Source of the DNA: Nageia nagi | Taxonomy: Eukaryota > Plantae > Pinophyta | Assembly: GCA_050084985.1 (NCBI GenBank) | Contig: JBITNC010000001.1 | Coordinates: 210,986,001 to 211,050,000 of the forward strand | Direction: 5' to 3' | DNA length: 64,000 bases | Shown here: positions 53,901 through 64,000 of the stretch, piece by piece | Layout: each line of letters starts with the position of its first letter | Position numbering within the stretch: the first letter of the stretch is position 1 | Notes under the pieces: model-generated | Told to the model about the DNA's origin: nothing | The model's input: only the letters and a program-made list of their open reading frames with translations | Database searches by the model: none | Position numbers and translations under genes: made by a program

Positions 53901-56017
53901 AAGAGAAATCAAGAAAAAGTGGATATAGTTTCAGATGGGGACAGTTTCAGTTTTAGATAAGAGCAGTGTCAGTATCAGATAAGGGCAATTTCAATCTCAA
54001 TTGGGGGCAAGACAACAATCAAATATTGAAAATTAGAAGGTAAAAAGTTCAAAATTCAAAATTGCAAAGTGCAAAATTGCCCATTCATGGGGCATAAAGG
54101 TAAGTAAAGGTAAGGTATATCATCTCACATATTTTGATATTGTTTATGGTATTCATTGCAAAATCCATTGTTATTGATAAATTAAGACCATTATCTTCTT
54201 TGAATATATGGTATAAAAAGTAAACATTGCATATGATATTCTTATGATTGATATTTCAAATAAAATGCATGTTTTACTATTGAAATTCAAGGCCATTGTA
54301 TCTTTGAATATCTAGTATAATATAACATTATTGCATTGTCTATGAAACATTGCATATCTAAATGATTATTTTTCAATTCCCATTGAATGGATTCTCCTGA
54401 GTGATATCATACTTGCATGGACAAATTGAATATATGGTCAAATATTGCTGATTCATGCTTTATCTTGAATATTTTTATACAAAATGGAAATGTTATTTCA
54501 TTTACGAAATATTGGAAAGTGATATGGATGATCGTTAATTGAATATTTTACAAATTCCTGCACTTGAAATGAAAAATCTCATGCCACTAATGATATGTAA
54601 TTGCTATAAATAATTTTGAATAGGGCATATTGGAATTTCATTGAATATCTTCCTATTTATTCAATTCTTTCATACATGTGCAATGTTTTATGGATAAGGA
54701 TCAAAATTGTTGAAAACATGATAGTAAAATTATAAGCATATCATGCTACCAATGGTGTGAATTTACATTGAAAATTTATGTAAATTGAAGTATTGAAATA
54801 TAAGGCCATTGAATGTTTTGATATCTGTTAAGACCCTCAGAGGCACCCATTTATAAATTGAGTTGTCTATCATAATAGTCTACAAATCATGGATATCGCA
54901 AGAATGGGGCATTACAAAGAACCCATACACTTACTCTTCATAGATTATGAGTTGTCTGTAATAGTAGTCTATGCATCATGGAATATTATATTAATTTCAT
55001 CCTTGCTATTTACATTACTTATTATTTCATGGATGTGATCTATGTGGGTATATGTTGCTTTGTTCTATAGGTATTTTCTAGGTGGGTAAGATTGGGATCA
55101 ATCACTCATCTCATAAAGGAACTATTTTTGGCTTGCTTACCCAATGCAACATGAGCTAGGGGCAACCAAGACCAAGAGGGGGAAAACAACATACCATACT
55201 CGACATATTGATCAAAATAAAGAAGTCCATTTTACTATTGAAAATATTTTTCTCTTGAATTATGCAATTTCAATGCTTTTTATTATATATCCAAAGAGGG
55301 GCAAAATGTAGATGCCTAAAAATAATTTATTATTTATTTAATAAATCATATTTAGCATATTAAATGATTAAAAGGTAATAATGTATAAATCAAGATAAAC
55401 TACTATTATATTACAATACCATGTACTAGGGTCAATGTAATATCATATAACATGGTTTATATGTTAAGTTATTTTGAATGTTGAAATGATTATTGTTATT
55501 GCTATATGTAGGCCTCACTCCTTTCTATTTCCTTGCAAGTTATAAATACAAGAGGTGAAGGTTAACATCCCTATAAGATCTCTCTAATAGGTGGTAGTCA
55601 ACTACAACTATGTCTTTGGATGCCACCTATATTTGAGAATTTGTTATACTCTGAGCTCTAAACTATCTCTCTCTTATGCGCAACATAAAACTACCATTCC
55701 TACACCATCAATAGCGTACCATCTCTATGTAGCTAGCAACATGTGCTTTCTATATTGGGAGGTCCAGATTTTAGAGAGTGAATCATGGAACCATTCTAGA
55801 GAATATCTATTATGAGCTTGTCTGAAGTCCAATCATGATCCTTCAGAGATTCATTGCTATTTGCTTTTGAGGATTGTACACACACTTCATATTAGGTGCA
55901 TGCTTTTCATATATATCTGTTGCAATCTAATATAATACTTATTGCATATTCAAGTGTATATTGTAGATATTTTATTTAATTATATTTATTCCTATTTTAC
56001 ATAATTTAGGGTCTACA
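50909..56017 (+). mobile_element. Complete non-autonomous LTR element A3 (5.1 kb, no pol), inserted in the gag of element B
   Basis: LTRs at 50909-51617 and 55307-56017 (TGTAGATGCC...GGGTCTACA), PBS TGGTGAAACCGACTGAT at 51621, PPT AAAGAGGGGCAAAA at 55293-55306. Flanks GGTAG/GGCAA are a possible decayed TSD (3/5 match). The gag of B resumes after 56017. Confidence 0.9.
52282..53400 (+). pseudogene. Stop-interrupted homologue of the 344-aa family-A ORF
   Basis: SLPNSWLTSANDD...DQFKKIKEHMLANP...SGHQPRFIFRDLIK...YCTYH*RKGH aligns by eye with 37652-38686. Confidence 0.8.
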
Positions 56018-59000
56018 GGCAATTCTTCTACTAAGAGGTTGTGCACTAGAATTGCAGGAAGGTCTACTTGCTGAAAGAGAGGTTCTAGATGAAGATGTAC
56101 CTTGGGTTGATTTTGAGAAAGTATTTAGGAAAAGGTATACTTTTGAGAAATTTGGGTTAGAAAAGTTTGATGAATTTAATACTTCATCATAGGGGTTGTA
56201 TAGTCGATGATTATCATCATACCTTTGTTAGATTATTGAAAAATGTGCTCAAAATTACAAACAACTCCAAGAAAAAGTTGCACAAGTTCATGGGTGGTCT
56301 AGATCATGGTATTTTTAATATTGTAAACTTGCTTGCATTGAAAATACTTCAAAAGGCTTAAGAATTAGCTAAGCAAAGTGAAGACAATGTTAGATTCAAG
56401 AAAAATCCCAAAACTACTATGCAACCTAATCAATATGGAAAGAATATTAAAAAATGAAAAACTTCCTTAGGAAATGATACCAATAATGATAACCAATTTA
56501 ATAAAAAAGGGTGGACATTTAGAAAATAAAAAAAATTAATAAATCATGAAAAGAAAATCAGAAAAAGGGAAATTTTTAAAATGATAATGGCAACAATTAG
56601 ATACAACAATGTCAACAACCTCAACAAGGTAATTATGTACTAAATGATCAGAATCAAGAAAAGGCACCCAATGGATATTATAACTATGGTGGATCTCACT
56701 TTTCCAATAAATTTCCAAACCATTACAATCCTTAGAATGGAGAAACAAATCATAAAATTTTTATTACAATAAGAAGCTTTGGAGACCCAAGCAACACCAT
56801 TGATGATTCAAGGTAAGTTTTTTGGTTTAGATGTTAGCATACTTATTGATAGTGGTGCTATAGATAGTTTTATTTCTAATCATATATGAGATAAATTGTT
56901 GGAAAAGCTATGGATCTTAGAGGAAAGGTGGAAGGTCGAGTACGGATTAGGTCAAACCTATATATTAGATAATTACTATCCAAATATAGATAATTACTAT
57001 CCAAATATTTGATCATTTGAAATCATTTTGGGAATGGATTGGTTAAAAGGCCATGGAGGTTTAGTAAATTTTGAAGATAGATGGATATAATTTAATCATG
57101 AAGAAGGGGATATTAAAAACTATTTTATCAAAGAAAACCTTTTAAACCTTGACTTCTATCAACTTTACAATTATCCAAAGCCATTCGAAAAAGAAGTATG
57201 ATCTTTGCTATGAAAATAAAGGATATTAAGGAATATATAATAGATGAGGAAATGATTAGGAGATACCAAATTCTAAAAGAGTACAATGATGTATTTTAAA
57301 AAGAACTTCTAGGTAGGCCTCCTGGAAGAGAATTTGATTTCTCCATTGACTTAATTTTAGGAACAAAACCTATGCCTAGAACATATTATATGATGACAAT
57401 CAATACTAAAAACCTATACCTAGAACACCTTATAGGATGAAAACCATTGAAATGAAAGACCTAAAAGTTTAGTTACATAAGCTACTAAAAAAAAACTTAT
57501 CCAACCTAACACATAATCATGGGGAGTACCAATATTATTTTTGTTAAGAAAAAAGATGGGTCACTAAGGCTTTGCATAGATTATAGTATATTCAACATTA
57601 TAACTATAAAAAATCAATATCCTTTACTAAGAATAAATGATATTTTTGATCAATTAAAAGGAACATGTATATTCTCCAAGTTTGATATAAGATAAGGTTA
57701 TCACCAAGGATAAATGATGCAAACACCCATAAAATTGCTATCAAAACTCAATATGGGCACTATGAGTTTATAATTTTACCCTATGGTGTTACCAATGCTC
57801 CAAAATATTTCATGAATTTGATGAATAATGTATTCAAAGAATACCTTGGTAAGTTTGTTCTAATTTTCTTGGATGACATATTGATATATTTACAAAAAAA
57901 ACAAGAGCATGAAAAACACCTTATAATAGTAATGAGGATTCTAAGAAAGAATTGATTATATTCTAAGATGAGTAAGTGTGAGTTTTATTTGCCTCAAGTG
58001 GAATAATTAGGACACATTATCTCTGAACAAGGAATTGTAGTAGATTCACAAAAAAATGAAGCAATAGTGACTTAGGCCACTTCAAAGAATGTTAGTGAAA
58101 TTAGAAATTTCATGGGCTTAGTAGGTTATTATAGATATTTTGTTGATAATTTCATTAAAACTACTTACCCCATTACCTAATTGCAGAAGAAAGAGAACAC
58201 ATTTTTATGGATAGAAAAGTGTGAATAAGCTTTTACTACTCTAAAAAAAAGGCTTACCACAACACCTATACTTAGAATTCCAGACCCCCATGGATATTTT
58301 GTATTATGCATAGATGCTTCCAAGGAAGGTTTAAGAGAAGCATTAATGAAATATGGTGCAATAATGGCCTATGGGTCCATAAAAATTAAGGTTCATGAAG
58401 GAAGGTATGCAACTCATGACTTGGAGTTGATAGCTATGGTTCATGCCTTGAAGGTGTGGAGATATTATTTGTTAGGGCCTTTTGATATTAGATCAGGTCT
58501 CCAAATTCATAGATATATCTTCACTCAACCAAATTTAAATGCTCAATAAAAATGATGGATGGAACTCCTTGCTAAATATGAATTCAGTATTGAGTATATT
58601 AAGGAAAAAGAGAATAAGATAGTAGATGCACTAAGCCATAGGAAATATATTGCAGCTCTAACATTAGGCCATATCAACATTCTTGATAAAATCCCTAATC
58701 TCCAAGCTCATGATTATCATTGTAAGAGGATTGAAAGAGAACTTGTAGAAAATCCAATAAAGGTAAAATAATTTAATCACAAAGAATATGGTATTCTTTT
58801 TCCTAAAGATACAATGGTAATTCTTTAGGAAGAAAATATAAGAAATATAATACTTTGGAATCACACCACACTCCTTACTCTACCCACCCTGGAGGGACGA
58901 AGATAAAAGAAAACTTAAAGAAATAATATAATTTTTTTGGAATGAAAAGTGACATAATTGGTTATATTTCTAAGTGTTTAGAATGTTAGAAAGTGAAGGC

Positions 59001-60516
59001 AGAATATAGGCACCCAACAAGAAAATTCTAGCCGCATAATATCCCTAGATAGAAATGCCAAAATATTTCTATGCATTTTATTATGGATTAGTAAAAACAA
59101 GTTTTATACATGAAACTATCCTAGCAGTCATTGAAAAATTGATCAAGGTAGCTCACTTCATACTTGGGAATATAACAAATGGTTCTCCAATAATTACTAG
59201 TAAATTTGCAAAAGAGATCATTCAACTTTATCGATTTCTTGAGGAGATACTCTTCGATAGAGATTTAAGATTTACTTTTGAGTTTTGGAAGAGTTTACAT
59301 AAAGTTGTAGGTACTAATTTAAACATTAGTTAAACTTATCACCCTGAAACATATGGAAAAATTAAGCAAGCAAAGCAAGTATTGGAGGATATGTTTAGAA
59401 TGTATTGCATTGATAATCCTTATTTTAACTAAAATAATAATTATTAAGGTTATTTACAAAATAATTAAATTCACTAATTAACTATGAAAAGCAAGAAAGC
59501 AATGACATGAAAGATGATAATAACCAAATTGACCTTGACCTATAAAAAATGGATTAACAAAAGATACAAACTTGTACTTTACCTATGACAATGAACAAAG
59601 GTGAGATTCGATCAGGAGAGGATAAATGACAAGCTTCCTTGAAACATAAAGCCACCAATCCAATCTCAACCTAGTTATGGTTCCAAAAACCCAATATTAG
59701 CACTCAATTATCATTCCACAATGCCTCACCATTTTTCTCAATATCATCATCCTACCTTTGATGCACCAAATCTCAATTATGATTGGATGAAAAATTGCAA
59801 GAATGCAAAGCTGAAAGTTTAACAAAATCCAAAGATGATAGGTGGTGTTAAGAAACATTGATCATGATTGGCACAAGTATAGTATCACCTATCAAGGATT
59901 TGAGATTATATCATATCATATCTTTGATCATGCAAAATCCGTTTACCTTTATAGGCAACAAGTCTAGTGCTAAGGCTCTTTCTTATACTTATTATGATGC
60001 CGAGCTGACCTATTACCACAAAATATAAAAGTAGATGAGAGTGAACATGAATAGGATTATTTATTTAATAAATTAAATAAATTATTTTAAATATATAGAA
60101 AGGTATTTTAATTAAATTATAATTCTTTTTTAGGTGTTAACATATGCTCCACCTTGAATATATTTTGATTCTTTTAAGATAAACAAAATCAAAGCATGAA
60201 TTCAAAGTATAACAAGAAAAGTAAGAAACTATTCTTTAAAAATTTGTGACATGGCAGTAGCTTTGAATGCCTCAATTTTTTTCTTGTATTATGCCCCTTA
60301 TTTGACTTGGTTGCAACATGATGGAGCTCTCATCATAGGAGAAATACAAAGAAAAGATAATGGAACTTGAAAAGAACTTACACAAGAATTATTTTGCATA
60401 ATATATTTTGAATATAAACATTAAACATCATGATATGGAAAGTAGGATAATAGAAGTAAACCTATCCTTTATGACTTACCCACCAAGATGAAGAAGATGA
60501 TAACCAATGTATATTG

Positions 60517-60840
60517 ATCAACTTGGTTGTACAATCCACCATGTTTCCATAGATTTTGATATGAATGGACCTTCCTTACAAAGGTACCAAATGATAAGAT
60601 TGCCCTTTCCTTAAAAAGGTATCAAATGATAAGAATGACCCTTACAAATTTATTAAATGATAAAAAAAACTAGCTTGATTTCCTAAGCCACCATATTTTC
60701 ATGGATTTTTTGATAAGAGTGCCATTTCCTTACAAAGGAGGCTAAAGATATGAGTGACCAACTTGGTTTCCTAAGCCACCATGTTATCATGGATTTGCTG
60801 ATAAGAGTGCCCCTTTCTTACAAAGGTGGCCAATGATAAG
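60517..60840. repeat. Degenerate tandem repeats (unit about 88 bp, with subrepeats) in the 3'UTR of element C
   Basis: acttggtttcctaagccaccatg..catggattt..tgataagagtgcc..ttccttacaaagg recurs about three times, plus shorter ccttacaaaggt..atgataag units. Confidence 0.75.
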
Positions 60841-62496
60841 CAATAATATATGGACAATTTTGATCATATAATCAACATTTTGGTATGATAAGAATCAAAT
60901 TAAGAATAGTAAATAAGATTTTGATAAACATGCATTTGAACAAAGCATTATTTTGATAAGCAATTGTCAAGTAAAGTGTGATAAGCATGTTAAGTAGTGT
61001 ATATGATAAGTTATGAAAATTTTATTAAAATATGTACTTATAATAATAAAAAATGTTCATTGATAAGCAATGGAAAATATATGCAATAAAAAATTGGATA
61101 AGAAATTTTATTGATACATCATTGACTTGAAATATCTGAACAACAAATATTGATAAGCATAATAATGACATGCATTTATGATATGAGAAATTGAAAATAG
61201 CATTTAGAAGCATATTGATAATATTTGAAACATGATAAAGTATGCAAAATAAGAGTCCATTTGTATTTGATCAATTGTGACACATAAATGAAAAGCATAT
61301 ACATTTTTTTGCATGCATGACAAATAAAAAAGAAAATACACTTTGAAATTACTAGTATAACCTAGCGATAATGCTAGGATCATGACATTGTCGTTAGGTT
61401 AAGGAAGCATTTTTTAGAAAAGGAGAAGTTTGGAAGGTCCATGCCACATCCATGAGATGAAAAAGAGAAATAATTTTGAAGAACACAATAGATAAAATAA
61501 AATTTAATGATCATTTTATTTCATTTTTTACTAATTTCTTTTAAGGGGATTTTTGATAATGTACTTTTTATTATAGAGAATGATTAATAATTTTATTGCA
61601 TACATGAAAAAGAATAAAATTTAAGCATCAAACTTGAAAAGAAATGGGGATATGAACCCAACAACAATGCTAGAATGGAGTGGCATCACATGACTAAAGA
61701 TGTAGAAGGCCATTGAGCAGAAGATCATAGATAGGTGTGTGATTAGTTAATGATAAAAAGAAGTTCCTTTTAGGTCTCTTGGAAAGGATTTATAGCCAAT
61801 GTGAAAAAGGGGTTTCCAATTTGGTTTTAAAAAAGCATAATTGAATTTCATTTACACATTCCTGAATTGGCCATTGGAGCTCTGGTCTGCAAGGTTTTAG
61901 GTGTCCTACTTAGCTAGTGGAGAGATTGTGGTGCGCTATAGGTTTGGTTATTGCATTTATTAGTGATATGGATCATCGGATAACCTCTCAACAAGTTCAT
62001 CAAGCTTTGGTTGTTCATTCTTCACCTAAGGGGCACCAAGTACAAATTATTTTCCCAAATTCTTGGTTTATGCAATATTTAGAATATTTTTAACGATTCA
62101 CTTTTTCAAATTAGGCTAGTTTTTACCAAATTTGGAAAAAATTTGAAACATAGGGGGTAGAAATGTAGCACTAAGTTTTTACATGCATGGAGGGAAATGA
62201 GATAGGTTTTACCATAAAATATAGGTTAATACTGATGGAAATCTAAAATTTTCAAAAAATAAGGGCTAAAACTAAATAATATCACTAAAATCGAGGCATC
62301 ATAATTGGGATCATTTTTATAGAAAAACAATAAAATGACACTTGTACAGGCTTAACATACATGCATACCCTCATATTTTATAGAAAACACATCATGAAAA
62401 CTAAAAAACCACATGAAAAATAGATATTTGAAGTTTTAACTTTTTTAAGTGTGAACATTTTGCATTTTTTTATATTTCATGTTACTAATACACATC

Positions 62497-63085
62497 ATGT
62501 TTGACTTGGATTCAAGATTAGGATTACCTCATGTGATGCTAGCCATGGAGTTTGACCATGGATGTGATTGTAGACTTTATTTTGATGCCAAATGAGAAGG
62601 GATGACTAGAGGCATTTGGGCTTAGCCATTTGAGGAGGATCATGCACATCCTAAGTAACAAGTATTTCTTGATGACTCTTATCAAACATTGTTATGATGA
62701 CACCAACACATTTCATATTACTATGAGTGAGATGACTATCATCTTAATCGACATCCATTAGATTTTATGGGTACCCATGGAGGGTTCATTGATACAACAA
62801 GCTATATATATTGACCATGGCTAAGATAGAGGATCAGTGCTGTTAGATGACAATTATGAGGCACTACTAGAAGTAGAAGAAGGATATACCCCTTCATGAA
62901 ATAGTTTACATGTCCCTAGAGGATATTGACTTCATAAGGCACTTCCAGTTGTATGTATCTATTCTTATCGATACAATCTTATGTAGTTATACAAACCATA
63001 AGTGCTTCCATATGTGCTTTATTTTCATATTACAAGGGATATGCCTTTGCTAGGAGAGGTATGCATGAGTACTATAAGGATCCTA
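62497..63085 (+). pseudogene. Plant mobile domain (PMD / aminotransferase-like, MAIN-type) remnant, antisense to element C
   Basis: One frame reads LEAFGLSHLRRIMHILSNKYFLMTLIKHCYDDTNTFHITMSEMTIILIDIH*ILWVPMEG, matching the PMD signature L.ERW..ETxTFHLPxGEMTITLxDVxxILGLPxxG. Confidence 0.8.
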
Positions 63086-64000
63086 AATAAAACTCAAGTG
63101 AAAATCAACAAATTTGGTTACAAAAATCCTAACATCTAGTCTAGGCCATCAACATTAAGCATTCATAACATAATATTACCAACATCCAAGCTAGCACATC
63201 CACTACAAGTTTACCTAACACAAAGATGCCAACATTTGTCCAAGATAAGCAAATATCAATGTACAAACCCTCACAATACCAAAATTTGGCTCATACATGC
63301 ATAAATAAATAAATACACCACAAAGTTGTAATAATATACCTAAGAATAATATAATATGAGATCCAAATGCCTAATGGTTATTGTTAACACATAAAAATGG
63401 ATTTATATTTTTAAATCAATAAATTAATGAAAAAAAAACATGCTTGGTCTAAATATATGCTTTGAATGTTTTAATGTGATAATATCAATGCTTGTCTTGA
63501 ATGTGGCTTTTATAATGTTTATCTTGAATGTTGCATGAATTATCTTGTTTATTGGTGTGGTTATCTTAAATGTTGTGAATTAACCTTATTTATGTAGATG
63601 CATGCTGACCCATGGGTTGTATTATCTATTATCTATATAAATAAGGGATCTAATAGTAAGTCCATCATTAAGGATACACATGATCCCACGTATGGTCTTG
63701 ATAATGGCAATCATATTGTAAGGTGTCTCTTGACACCGCCTGTCAAGCCTAATTTTGTGTATCCCCTTCTTGCAAGCATTCTGAAGAACTGAGAGACCTA
63801 TCTGATAATCATACTATGATCATCTCGAGATTTGAGTGGGGGTGTAGACTTGTTGGAGATAGATTATAGCCTATCAAAGGCCACTGACACTTCTCTATGG
63901 ATGAATACAAATAGCTAATGTTCCTATCCAGTGTGATGAACACCGCCCATGGCCTTCTTCTATGACTTTTTAGCTTCATGATTTTAGGTGTGGACAACGT

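Larger units (their letters stand above)
43220..59410 (+). mobile_element. Ty3/gypsy element B (Met-primed, long LTR), degenerate, with three nested insertions
   Basis: 5' LTR TGTAAGGA (43220)...TCCTTATA (50417, decayed from TCCTTACA), about 1.8 kb once the Copia is removed. PBS TGGTATTAGAGC at 50420-50431. gag at 50512-50908 plus 56018 onward, protease LIDSGA near 56843, RT FLDDILIY near 57865, RNase H DASKEGL/YATHDLELIAMVHALKVWRYYL, and integrase up to EDMFRMYC at 59410. Confidence 0.85.
59411..64000 (-). mobile_element. 3' portion of Tat/Ogre-like LTR element C inserted in the integrase of B (3' LTR at 59411-60142)
   Basis: On the minus strand a purine-rich PPT-like tract AAGGTGGAGCATA precedes TGTTAACACCTAAAAA (60142)...GGATTATCA (59411). 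It is followed on the + strand by 3'UTR tandem repeats and an antisense PMD remnant. Confidence 0.65.

Overview
AT-rich, CpG-depleted, TE-dominated eukaryotic DNA from a land plant. A gymnosperm-type genome is my inference from the TE families and gene style. One intact host gene is supported: a four-coding-exon FLX-like (FLC EXPRESSOR family) coiled-coil gene at 11615-12904 (+, 288 aa), with telo-boxes in a probable 5'UTR intron. The rest is mostly nested, decayed mobile DNA. (1) Three copies of one Tat/Ogre-like LTR family with a tRNA-Trp primer-binding site, gag-derived ORFs and no pol; two of the copies carry unrelated antisense ORFs. (2) A fourth Tat-like element with an antisense plant-mobile-domain (PMD) remnant. 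(3) A full-length degenerate Tnt1-like Copia with a TTTGG target-site duplication (TSD). (4) Two Ty3/gypsy pol remnants. (5) Two solo LTRs with perfect TSDs. (6) Two L1 LINE fragments and a hAT remnant. (7) An intron-containing MULE/SWIM-type transposase remnant lying near a 67-bp palindromic tandem array. All family calls come from motif recognition and manual translation; no database searches were run.
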